A stretch of 32,000 nt of DNA from Candidatus Saccharimonadota bacterium (GTDB lineage: Bacteria > Pseudomonadota > Alphaproteobacteria > Rickettsiales > Anaplasmataceae). The translations under genes and the position numbers were made by a program. The notes under the pieces are model-generated. The model searched no databases and was not told where the DNA came from. It saw only the letters and a program-made list of their open reading frames with translations. Positions 19,801 through 28,379 of the stretch are shown piece after piece. The DNA lies in NCBI GenBank assembly GCA_029715105.1, contig CP085695.1:120001-152000 (forward strand). The letters run 5' to 3'. Each line of letters opens with the position of its first letter. Position 1 is the stretch's first letter.

Positions 19801-20110
19801 CTGCAAGACTTGTTGCACAATTGAGTGCGGTTTGTCCACCCATTGTAGGTAATATTGCATCTGGTTTTTCTTTAATTAGAATTTTTTCTATAATTTCTGG
19901 TAATATTGGTTCTATATATGTTACATCAGAAAATTCTGGATCTGTCATTATGGTTGCTGGATTAGAGTTTATAAGAATAACTTTATAGCCTTCATTTTTT
20001 AATACTTTACAGCTTTGGGTTCCAGAATAATCAAATTCGCATGCTTGTCCTATAATTATAGGACCTGCTCCTATTACTAATATAGATTCTATATCTGTAC
20101 GTTTCGGCAT
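16877..20110 (-). CDS. carB: carbamoyl-phosphate synthase large subunit
   Basis: 1077 aa. Starts [32 protein letters not shown]. It has two ATP-grasp halves, the second beginning [21 protein letters not shown], and a C-terminal MGS-like domain. Confidence 0.97.
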   Translation of the reverse strand: MPKRTDIESILVIGAGPIIIGQACEFDYSGTQSCKVLKNEGYKVILINSNPATIMTDPEFSDVTYIEPILPEIIEKILIKEKPDAILPTMGGQTALNCATSLADDGILDAYNIKLIGISREAIRKAEDRKLFQQSMDKIGLKYPKSITINNQKQIKEALNYIKLPAIVRSSFTLGGIGSGIAYSEEEFIDIVENALKSSPINEVQIDESIIGWKEYEMEVIRDYKDNCIIVCSIENIDPMGVHTGDSITVAPALTLRDAEYQQMRNASIAILREINVSAGSANVQFAVNSKEDSSLVVIEMNPRVSRSSAFASKATGYPIAKVATKLAIGYSLDEIRNDCTPIISAAFEPVVDYIVTKIPRFEFEKFKGTTCELSTSMKSVGEVMSIGRTFNESLQKAFRSLETDLTGLDEVFSENTDINYIKYKLSKLLPNRLLIAADAMRHGVSIKEINSITGYDLWFLQNIQQIILAEQKIKKIGLPKTAYEILELKKMGFSDARLAKLSKKKIEQIETIRKKFGIHQVYKRIDTCAAEFKSDTAYMYGCYEGDIINKTECEANVSDRKKIVILGSGPNRIGQGIEFDYACVHAVFAAKEMGYETIIINCNPETVSTDYDIADRLYFAPLTIEDVLEILNKEQENGILIGVIVQIGGQTPLKLSKILNERDFNILGTPFNSIDLAEDRMKFKNLALQLNLKQPENSICYSIEEALTNTKKVGFPLVVRPSYVLGGQSMSIKYDIESFKIYVLNQTKIFEHGSLLLDKFLDNAIEVDVDAICDGEKVFIAAIIEHIEEAGIHSGDSTCSIPTNTLSNEIIKEIELQTEKIAFKLKVKGLINIQFAIQKNNIYILEVNLRASRTIPFVSKVINIPIAKLATQVILGKKLDQEKKLLGHFAVKVAVFPFTRFSEIDTLLGPEMKSTGEVMGIDLSFEAALAKAYMAAGYKLPTKGKVLISVKDDDKKYILPVAHSLRKLDFEIYATKDTASYLNDNGITTRALSKAKKCKSHIINMIKSGKINLVINTSKCIKSISNSKDIRRTAILQNVTYSTTISGSKALVLAIQYIKSSKLEVKSLQQIRTSFN

Positions 20111-20567
20111 AATTTAATAATGATGAGTTTTATTATGTTAGATTACAATGTTACCAGTCTTTCTTATAGATGTGAATTTTTATTACTGTTAACTTTAGAT
20201 TAATAAATATTTATTTAATTTTTAAATATTTTATTTAATTGTGATTAACTTGTAAAAAATATAGAAGTAGAAAGTTATGTAGAAATCGGTTTTTAAAATG
20301 GAATTTGCATATCAGTTGTAATAAAATTACAAAGTAAATTACGATCTATTTTTATAATATTAGATAGAGATTTATAAGATAATTAATGTACTAAGAGCAA
20401 AATAAGGATTTTCTTAAAAATAAAATAAATTACCAGTGTTTTTCTAATTTTAATCTCATAATTAAAATGATTTATGCAAATTTGCATGTGAATTTAGGTC
20501 TTCTTTTAAAAAGAGAGAATATAAAAAACTTTCGTTTTATTATTTAGAGGTATCCTATTTAAGTTTT

Positions 20568-21716
20568 TTATATTTTAAAGTGGTACATTTTATATATTTT
20601 GTACCAGCAGTCTATTATTTTTTTTATATCTTGTAATTTGGTTTTTGAACCTATACTAATTCTAATTGAGCATCTTGCTTGTTCTTTCGTTACTCCCATT
20701 GCAAGTAGAACATGGGAGGGTTCAACCTTTCCAGAAGAACATGCAGAGCCATTGCTAACTGCAATGTTGTTAGAATCAAAATGCATAAGTTGTATGTCAT
20801 TTCTTACTTTTGGCATATAAATGAGACTTGTATTTGGTAACCTTTTAGAATTTTTACCAAAAATTTTTATATCACTTACAAGTTTTAGTAGTTCATATTC
20901 TAATTTATCACGTAGCTTTTTTATTTTATTTGCTTTTGACAGAAGATGTGGAATATCATGTAATGCAGCAGAAAGACTCGCAATTGCGATAATATTTTCT
21001 GTACCGCCTCGTAATCCTTTTTCTTGTTCTCCACCTACTATAATAGGTTTTATTGTAAGTTTTTTATCAAAAATTAAAACTCCGCTACCTGCTATGCCAC
21101 CAAATTTATGAGCGGATAAAGTTAGTAAATCAACTCCTAAATCTTCCATATTGATTTCAATTTTTCCAATGCCTTGAGTAGCATCAGTATGACACACTGC
21201 TCCATATTTATGAGCTATTTCGGATATTTTTTTAATTGGCTGGATGACTCCGGTTTCATTATTAGCTGTCATAACTGAAACTATTACTTTTTTATCTTCT
21301 TTAATTTTACTTAGAATTTTTTCTAATTCTAAAAGGTTAATAATACCTTCTTGATTAACTGGTACTATATGTGGATTATACGTAGAATTAAGGATTGAAG
21401 GATGTTCTATAGCCGAAATTACGTGTTTAGAATTAACAATTCCTTTCATAACGAGATTATTTGCTTCAGTAGCACCAGATGTGAAAATTATTTCTTTATT
21501 ATCTAAAACGCCAATAGTTTTACGAATATTATCCCTTGCATCATGAAGAATTTTTCTTGTTTCTTGTCCCTTTTTGTGTGGTGACGAAGGGTTCAAAATT
21601 TGTTTTGATAAAACCTTAAGTATATTTTTTTTTACACTTTTAATAATTGGAAAAGTTGCATTATAATCTGCATATATGTAATTTCTAGAGAGTACGTTTG
21701 AAGATTTATTTATCAT
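20568..21716 (-). CDS. cysteine desulfurase, NifS-like (class V aminotransferase)
   Basis: 382 aa. PLP-lysine context LSAHKFGG and catalytic-cysteine loop SNGSACSSG. No iscU or iscA is adjacent. Confidence 0.9.
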   Translation of the reverse strand: MINKSSNVLSRNYIYADYNATFPIIKSVKKNILKVLSKQILNPSSPHKKGQETRKILHDARDNIRKTIGVLDNKEIIFTSGATEANNLVMKGIVNSKHVISAIEHPSILNSTYNPHIVPVNQEGIINLLELEKILSKIKEDKKVIVSVMTANNETGVIQPIKKISEIAHKYGAVCHTDATQGIGKIEINMEDLGVDLLTLSAHKFGGIAGSGVLIFDKKLTIKPIIVGGEQEKGLRGGTENIIAIASLSAALHDIPHLLSKANKIKKLRDKLEYELLKLVSDIKIFGKNSKRLPNTSLIYMPKVRNDIQLMHFDSNNIAVSNGSACSSGKVEPSHVLLAMGVTKEQARCSIRISIGSKTKLQDIKKIIDCWYKIYKMYHFKI

Positions 21717-21821
21717 TATTCTTTTGATAAGAACACCTGTTATTTACTAGTTTAGCATAATAAAAAGTTTGTTGCAAAAGTAACATGGGTAACATATACT
21801 AAAGTAGTAGGGCTTATAGAT

Positions 21822-22484
21822 ATGGTAGAGGTTTTTTTAAGTAATGCAGCAAAAAAAATAGAAGGTGAGTATTATCAAAGCAGGAAGGCAAACGCTCCCG
21901 TTGTATTAATTTTACATGATCGTCCTGGATATGGTGCTATGGACAATAGGATAATACATAGTGTATATGCATCTTTTATTGGTAATAGTTTTTCTGTTTT
22001 GAGGATTAATTTTCGTAGTGCTGGGAAATCTGCTGGGAGTTTTGATAAAGGTGTGGGAGAGTTAACTGATGCTGCAATAGCAATTGATTGGCTTCAAGAG
22101 CATAATCCTAGTAACGTTCCAATTTGGATAGTTGGCTTTTCTTTTGGGGCGTGGGTGGCTATGCAGTTAACAATGCGTCGTCCTGAAATAGTGGGTTTTA
22201 TTGCTCTCTCTCCTCCAGCGACGAAGTATGACTTCTCGTTTTTTTTTCCTTGTCCCGTCCCTGGACTTATAATACAAAGCAGTAATGATGCTCTCTCAGA
22301 AGAGAATGATATAACGGAATTAACAAGGAGATTAATGAATTCGGTTAAAAGTGATTTTATGGAGTATCATGTTATAAAAGGTACTAATCATTTTCTAAGA
22401 GATAAAGAAGAAGAAGTAGTTCAAATTATAGATAGTTATATAAAGTTGCGTTTAGGTAGTACATCTTTTTCCTACAAAAACTAA
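21822..22484 (+). CDS. alpha/beta hydrolase (COG2945-type)
   Basis: 220 aa. Wording …LILHDRPGYGAMDN…LRINFRSAGKSAGSFDKGVGELTDA…, nucleophile elbow GFSFGAW, and a C-terminal H in GTNHF. Confidence 0.8.
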   Translation: MVEVFLSNAAKKIEGEYYQSRKANAPVVLILHDRPGYGAMDNRIIHSVYASFIGNSFSVLRINFRSAGKSAGSFDKGVGELTDAAIAIDWLQEHNPSNVPIWIVGFSFGAWVAMQLTMRRPEIVGFIALSPPATKYDFSFFFPCPVPGLIIQSSNDALSEENDITELTRRLMNSVKSDFMEYHVIKGTNHFLRDKEEEVVQIIDSYIKLRLGSTSFSYKN

Positions 22485-22709
22485 GAGAGAAAAAAATTAA
22501 GAGAGAAATGAATGGCGTATTAGCATTTTAAATTTGTAAAATGGTGAGTAATAAGGTGCGGGGGTGTTCGCAATCAAAGAAGAAGGTTTGTATTAGGGGT
22601 TGTTTTATTTAGAATTATATTTTTATTTCATACCTGAATACTTAACAAGTAGAAGGATCAAGATTGTGTAAAAAGGTAAAATAATATTTCGATTTTATAT
22701 TTTTGTATT

Positions 22710-23369
22710 TTATTTATATTTTGTTAATGATTTATTTTTTATTTGTAATATGCAATCTGCCATTTCTGCTAGATGGTGATTGTGTGTTACTATTAGCATA
22801 GAATTATTATTTTTTTTCACATATGAGCGCAATAGTGAGAATACATTTGATGAGTTTACTGGATCTAAATTTCCCGTTGGTTCGTCTGCAAGTAAAAGCT
22901 TTGGAGAATTTATGATGCTTCTAGCAATTGCGACTCTTTGTCTTTCTCCTCCAGATATTTTAGATATTAAGCTATTAGCTTTGTTTTTAAGGCCAAATTT
23001 ATCTAGTAAAATTTGCGCATTTTTTGTTGCGTCAATTTTATTCTTTCCAGCAATGAGTTGAGGAAGCATAATATTTTCTAATACTGATAATTCTTGTAAT
23101 AAATGATGGAATTGATAAATAAAGCCTAAGAAATTTCTTTTTATATAAGTTTTACATTTATCATGTATTTTTGTACAATTTATTCCATTTATAGTTACTA
23201 TGCCTGAAGTTGGTTTATCTAATAAACCTGCAATTTGTAATATAGTTGTTTTCCCTGATCCTGAATCGCCAATTAATGCAATTATTTGTCCACTTATAAT
23301 TCTTAAGTTTATATTATTTATAACGGGAATTTTATTGAAGATTTTATTTATAGAAATCAATTCTAACAT
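22710..23369 (-). CDS. lolD: lipoprotein-releasing ABC transporter ATP-binding protein
   Basis: 219 aa. Walker A GDSGSGKTT, LolD-type FIYQFHHLLQELSVLENIMLP, signature ISGGERQRVAIARS, Walker B LLLADEPTGNLD. Confidence 0.85.
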   Translation of the reverse strand: MLELISINKIFNKIPVINNINLRIISGQIIALIGDSGSGKTTILQIAGLLDKPTSGIVTINGINCTKIHDKCKTYIKRNFLGFIYQFHHLLQELSVLENIMLPQLIAGKNKIDATKNAQILLDKFGLKNKANSLISKISGGERQRVAIARSIINSPKLLLADEPTGNLDPVNSSNVFSLLRSYVKKNNNSMLIVTHNHHLAEMADCILQIKNKSLTKYK

Positions 23370-23443
23370 TGCTACACATTACCATTATTTATGCGAAGAA
23401 ATGGTAGAAGAAGCCCTCCAAGGGGGAGAGACCATTATGATGA

Positions 23444-23914
23444 CTAAATTGAAAAACTATTGCCACATCCACACCTAGATTTAACGAGAGGATTTTTTAT
23501 TTGAAATCTAGAACCGTTTAGGTCTTCAATATAATCTACGATTGAATTATTTATAAATTTTATAGAATGATTATCTATTATTAATACAGGGTTTCCGTTT
23601 TTATCGTTAATTATTATGTCATTATTATCTTTAATAGAATCATTGGAGTTTATCTCGTAATTCTTGTTTTTCTTATAATCTTCATTATTATTTTTATTAA
23701 GTTTGTTGATATAAGAATTATCATTTTTGTTCTTTTTTAGAGATAAATTTTTATTTATCTGATCTATAAAAAAATTATATTTAAATCCAGAGCATCCTCC
23801 TCCTGAGACAGCAATTCGCAAAACAAAATTTTTGTTTTTTATGTTTTCTGTAAGAGAATGAATTTTTTTTACTGCATTATCAGTTAAATTGACATTATAA
23901 TGATTTGTTGACAT
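23444..23914 (-). CDS. erpA: iron-sulfur cluster insertion protein, ErpA/IscA (HesB) family, with an internal low-complexity insertion
   Basis: 156 aa. It has the A-type carrier motifs GGGCSGFKY and C-terminal SRCGCGNSFSI. Removing residues about 57-98 leaves 114 aa, which is the ordinary ErpA length. Confidence 0.85.
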   Translation of the reverse strand: MSTNHYNVNLTDNAVKKIHSLTENIKNKNFVLRIAVSGGGCSGFKYNFFIDQINKNLSLKKNKNDNSYINKLNKNNNEDYKKNKNYEINSNDSIKDNNDIIINDKNGNPVLIIDNHSIKFINNSIVDYIEDLNGSRFQIKNPLVKSRCGCGNSFSI

Positions 23915-25125
23915 AGTTATTATTAATTAATGTTTTTATTTTATTTATTTCGAGAAACTTTATTATAATTGAAATTTTGCATATTAAACAATAATTTTTA
24001 TTAAATTGTGTATACTTCACGAATAAAATAAAAGGAAGGTATTTTGGAGAATCAGAAGACGAAAGCCTTAGTTGTTCCAGCAGAGTAGTGGTTAGCGTAT
24101 TATTTATTCAATGCGTTAAATTGTTAGGATATAAACATAGTTTTTTATTTTATGGATATCAAAAAGTTATTATGCTAAACTTAGTTGTGATTTGAAGTTG
24201 CGTGAACTGCACAATTTTAATTGTTAAAGGCTTTAATTTGTGCGAAGGCATGCTGAATGTATGTAGGATTAATACATGTGGTTTGCATATTATTATTCAG
24301 ATATATGCTAGAAATTTGTTAAGTAAACTGTTAGGATTTAAATTTTGATAGTGAGAAATATGAACTTGATTCTAATGTCTAATTTTAGACTGTGAAGATT
24401 TTAATTTCGTTTTGAATAAAAAATATTGATTTTGACGGTTCTGAATGAAGTGGATTATAAAGTGTATAAATGGCCCCCCATTTTTAATTTAGTCAAAAGT
24501 AATAGTTCTATTATTAAATAGGCTAGTTATTTATTATAGTTAGGGTTAAAATTACACTATAATAGTGTATTAGTTTTACTTAAAACTTGAAGTTTTCAAA
24601 AGTTTAAAACGCAAGTCATTTCAATTCTAAATGGATGATATTTATTTTAATAATGTAATTAAAGTAAATTTAATAATTATAGAAGATTTGTTTGATGTTT
24701 TTAGTCAGAGACTTTTTAAAGATGTGAAAACAATATTGAAAATTATTTCGTAATAAATTTGCACATGAATTGCAGCAGAATTATAGGAGTTATGGTAAAA
24801 GGTGTTCTCTTACAATGTGGATTAAGAATAGTTGGGGATCATCTTTAAAGTAAGAAAGGTATAAGAGGAGGATGTGAGAAAAGTTAACAAAAAGGTATTG
24901 GTCAAATTTTTATTTGATATTGAATGCGTTAAAAAGAAATGAAGAAATATAAAAATATAGATAAAGTGTGTATAGAAATTACAAGTTGAATAGAACGATA
25001 AATAAAGTAAAATATTGGTGTAAGAAGTTTCAGTGTTTTTAATAATTGAATTATTATTCTCTCGATTAAAATAAGTTTTGTGAATTAATGTTTGGTAATA
25101 GTAATATGATTATTGTCTCAGGTAT

Positions 25126-26292
25126 ATGAGAAGGGTAAGATTTGCTATTCACATATATATGAGTTTTATACAGTGGAGTTTAATGTTTTATAGAATGATT
25201 TCTTTTAATGAAAAAAGTGATGATTATTTTATGTCAATTGCTTTAAAGCTTGCCAAAAAAATTTTGGGAAGTGTTGCACCAAATCCGGCAGTTGGGTGTG
25301 TTATTGTAAAAAATGGTGTAATAATTGCAGAAGGAAATACGGGAGTTGGTGGTCGCCCACATGCAGAGATAGTTGCCTTACAAAAAGCTAAGAATTTTGC
25401 TTGTGGCGCAACTATGTATGTTACTCTCGAACCGTGTTGTCATTTTGGAGTTACAAGGCCTTGCATTGAAAAAATTATAAAAGCAAAAATAAAAAGAATA
25501 GTAGTTGCAACAATTGATCCTGATATGAGAGTTTCAGGTGGGGGTATTAAGGCCCTAGAAGAAGCTGGGATTGAAGTAGAACAAGGAGTTATGCAGAAAG
25601 AAGCAGAAAAATTAAATATTGGATTTTTTACTACTAGAAAGTTATGCAGACCATTTATAGTTTGCAAAGTTGCGATAACTCTTGATGGAAAAATTGCATC
25701 ATTTACAGGTGATAGTAAGTGGATAACAGGTGATGATACGAGAAATTGGGTACATAAACTTAGAGCGAAACATGATGCTATTATGATAGGTAGTAATACC
25801 CTTATCAGAGATGATCCATTTTTAACATGTAGATTACCAACATTTATGCCTAATAGGCAGTCACCAATAAGATTAATTATAGATAGTCAAGGAAAGTTAA
25901 AAGAATGGTGTAATATTGCAAAGACTGCAGACAAAATAACAACATGGATAATTACGAACAAAAAAGTAGAAGAAAAAATAAAAAATATTAATTATTTAAT
26001 AGTTAATTCAAATAGCGTTGGAAAAGTTTGTTTAAGTGATATGACATCAAAGCTTGCTTTAGAGATTGGTATAACAAGGTTATTAGTTGAAGGTGGTGGA
26101 ATATTAATTACAGAATTAATGAAAAAAAAATTGATTGATAAATTGATAATTTGTCGTACTGGTAAGATTTTAGGTAATGATGCAATTCCCTTTATAGGAA
26201 ATTTAGGAATTAAATCTGTTGATAATTGTTATCAATTTAAAAAAATAGAAACAATAAATTTCAATGAAGATATAGTTGAGATTTGGGTTTAA
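25126..26292 (+). CDS. ribD: bifunctional riboflavin biosynthesis protein RibD (pyrimidine deaminase / uracil reductase)
   Basis: Deaminase motifs PNPAVGCVIV, HAEIVAL and TLEPCCHFG, followed by a reductase half (KVAITLDGKIA…GDSKWITG…). The ORF-track start of 25126 is probably too far upstream. ATG at 25183 or 25195 (MISFNEKSDDYFM…) gives a normal N-terminus. Confidence 0.9.
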   Translation: MRRVRFAIHIYMSFIQWSLMFYRMISFNEKSDDYFMSIALKLAKKILGSVAPNPAVGCVIVKNGVIIAEGNTGVGGRPHAEIVALQKAKNFACGATMYVTLEPCCHFGVTRPCIEKIIKAKIKRIVVATIDPDMRVSGGGIKALEEAGIEVEQGVMQKEAEKLNIGFFTTRKLCRPFIVCKVAITLDGKIASFTGDSKWITGDDTRNWVHKLRAKHDAIMIGSNTLIRDDPFLTCRLPTFMPNRQSPIRLIIDSQGKLKEWCNIAKTADKITTWIITNKKVEEKIKNINYLIVNSNSVGKVCLSDMTSKLALEIGITRLLVEGGGILITELMKKKLIDKLIICRTGKILGNDAIPFIGNLGIKSVDNCYQFKKIETINFNEDIVEIWV

Positions 26293-26574
26293 TTTATAAT
26301 ATTATATGATTGAATTTATAGAAAAATAGTTTGAAGAAAGTTTACGTATGTACTTTAAATACGTGCTTTGTGTATATGTTTTTGAATATTTATCCTTTTA
26401 AGGAGGGGGATAGTGTATGTTTTTGGAAATTGTACTACTAAAGTAATAAAGAGAATAATTAAAGTTATAAATATAAAAATGATTACAATGTGAGATTTTA
26501 TAATGGAGCTTTAAAAATTAGATTCTATTTATTAATAGAATTGGGGAGTTAGTTATTTATAATTAATTATGTGT

Positions 26575-26665
26575 GGAAAGGTGGCTGAGTTTGGTTTAAA
26601 GCACACGCTTGGAAAGCGTGCCACATATATAAAATGTGTCGGGGGTTCAAATCCCCCCCTTTCCG
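26575..26665 (+). tRNA. tRNA-Ser (anticodon GGA)
   Basis: Class II tRNA, 91 nt. Acceptor GGAAAGG/CCTTTCC. Anticodon arm CACGC-TTGGAAA-GCGTG. Long variable arm CACAT-ATATAAA-ATGTG. T arm GGGGG-TTCAAAT-CCCCC. Discriminator G. Confidence 0.93.
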
Positions 26666-26703
26666 GGTTTTTATATATTATTATTTAGGTACAAAACAAG
26701 GGT

Positions 26704-27345
26704 ATGAAAAACATAATGCTTATTGGTGGTGGGGTTGGAAATGCGGTCCTATTTTCAATAGGAGAGGCCTATCTCAAAAGAAATAATAGGGTTTTGTATT
26801 TTGCTGGTTATAGAAAGTTGAATGATGTGTTTAAGCAAGTATCTGTAGAACTTGCATCAAGTGCAGTAGTTTGGGTATGCGAAGAAGGATTAATAAAAAA
26901 AAATAGAGATCAAGATAAGTCTTTTTGTGGCAATATAGTTGATGCAATAATTTCTTATCAAGAGCGTATATTGGGTGATATTATGATTGATTTGAGTATT
27001 ATAGATATAATTATCACTATTGGTTCTGATAAAATGATGAAAGCTATAAATGAAGCGAGAAAGACAATTTTAAAGTTATATTTAAAGTCAGAGCATTTAG
27101 CGATATCTTCAGTTAATTCGCCTATGCAGTGTATGATGAAAGGGATTTGTGCGCAGTGTGTACAGCGACATGTAGATATTAAAACAGGAAAAGAAAACTA
27201 TGTATATAGTTGTAGTAATCAAGATCAAGATATGAATCTTGTTGATTTTGATTTCCTAAGTGAACGCTTAAAACAAAATAGTTTACAAGAAAAACTTACT
27301 TCAAAATGGATAGAAGAAATATTAAACAACAAAAAAGGAAAATAA
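26704..27345 (+). CDS. PyrK-like NAD(P)-binding plus [2Fe-2S] module without the FAD-binding domain
   Basis: 213 aa. It begins directly with the nucleotide-binding strand IMLIGGGVGNAVLF. It has …ITIGSDKMMKAI… and a C-terminal cysteine cluster MQCMMKGICAQC…(17)…C with C-x5-C-x2-C-xn-C spacing, as in PyrK-type electron-transfer subunits. Its end overlaps the next gene by 40 nt. Confidence 0.5.
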   Translation: MKNIMLIGGGVGNAVLFSIGEAYLKRNNRVLYFAGYRKLNDVFKQVSVELASSAVVWVCEEGLIKKNRDQDKSFCGNIVDAIISYQERILGDIMIDLSIIDIIITIGSDKMMKAINEARKTILKLYLKSEHLAISSVNSPMQCMMKGICAQCVQRHVDIKTGKENYVYSCSNQDQDMNLVDFDFLSERLKQNSLQEKLTSKWIEEILNNKKGK

Positions 27346-27848
27346 GAAAGCAATATAGAACTATTAGAAAAAATCTTGATGAGAAATATTCTAGTAATGC
27401 TAGAAGTTTTGTTGTCAATTCTTTTAAAAAGAACTTAGCTAATCTTGTTAGAAGTAAAACAGTTGCAGCTTATATTCCTATCGATGGAGAGATAGATATT
27501 ATACCTTTAATGTATAATTTGTTGTATCTATCTTATAGGGTTGTAGTTCCATGGCAAAATAAACCATTGAGATTTAAGGAGTGGAATATGGTAAGAGGAG
27601 GACTAAATAATAAAAATATAATTCCTGATATAATTATCACTCCAGTTATTGCTTTTGACGATCATTTTAATAGATTAGGTTTTGGTAGTGGATGTTATGA
27701 TTTTGTAATAAAAGAATTACGATCATTAGGTAAAATATTTATAGGTGTAGCCTATGAAAGGCAGTATTGTAAAATACTACCAATAGAGGAGCATGATCAA
27801 AAGTTAGACATTATAATAACAGAGACGCGTGTTATGTATAACAATTGA
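27306..27848 (+). CDS. 5-formyltetrahydrofolate cyclo-ligase
   Basis: 180 aa. Wording: K…IRKQYRTIRKNL…, AAYIPIDGEIDI, VVVPW, and RLGFGSGCYD (the G-x-G-x-G-Y-Y-D type motif). Confidence 0.8.
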   Translation: MDRRNIKQQKRKIRKQYRTIRKNLDEKYSSNARSFVVNSFKKNLANLVRSKTVAAYIPIDGEIDIIPLMYNLLYLSYRVVVPWQNKPLRFKEWNMVRGGLNNKNIIPDIIITPVIAFDDHFNRLGFGSGCYDFVIKELRSLGKIFIGVAYERQYCKILPIEEHDQKLDIIITETRVMYNN

Positions 27849-28359
27849 TGCTTTATGTTGTAAAATCTTATAAAAAAAAAGAGTAATGTATTTTATTAAT
27901 TGTTGATATTTTTGAATAATTTTTAGAATGTTTTCATCTTGGGATTTTGTTTAGTTTTGTTAGTACATTTCTTTATTAAAGATAATGATATGAATATTCA
28001 TGTCGTTGTAAAATAATAATATGGAGATGTTATCTTTATAATAAAGAGAATTATTCTATTAATTGTGAGTAGTGAATTATGGCTTCAAGTTTTTATAAGT
28101 AGGAGGTTGCTTTCTAAAAGCAAAAAAAAGGAGCGATGTATGAAAGATTTTCAAAGAAAGTTTGTTAATATAACAATAAAATGCATATAGTTTTTATTGC
28201 TAAAATAGTTGTTAAGAAATAATTTTTATTTTGAATTGTTGAAGGTGATTTTTATATAATATTGTATTAAAATAGTTTAAGTGAGATATTATCGTTTAGG
28301 TGATAAATAACTATCGAAAATAAAGTGGTTCATGGGGGTCTTGGGGTTTTTATTTTTGA

Positions 28360-28379
28360 GTGGTTATACGTGGTTATAC
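28360..28379 (+). repeat. exact tandem duplication, 2 x 10 bp (GTGGTTATAC)
   Basis: GTGGTTATAC-GTGGTTATAC, read directly in the 27849-28967 spacer. Confidence 0.9.

Noticed and set aside
20474-20487. 14-bp perfect palindrome ATGCAAATTTGCAT between carB and the desulfurase gene
   Set aside because: It has only 7 pairs. At about 0.34 per pair, several such palindromes are expected by chance in about 8-10 kb of spacer.
23414-23430. Minus-strand hairpin (6-bp stem including one G:U, loop CCCUU) in the 74-bp erpA-lolD gap, considered as a terminator
   Set aside because: The stem is short. The trailing sequence (CUUCUUCUACCAUUUCUUCG) is pyrimidine-rich but is not a U run. I cannot support a terminator call.
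24800-25125. FMN (RFN) riboswitch upstream of ribD
   Set aside because: I looked for the conserved RFN core wording (…GGGCGGGGTGAAATTCCC…/…GGTGAAATTCCAAAGCCGACAGT…) and found nothing resembling it.
2731-26665. Integrated mobile element, integrase or attachment-site repeats next to the three tRNA genes
   Set aside because: There are no integrase or transposase ORFs. I saw no duplication of any tRNA 3' end in the flanking spacers.
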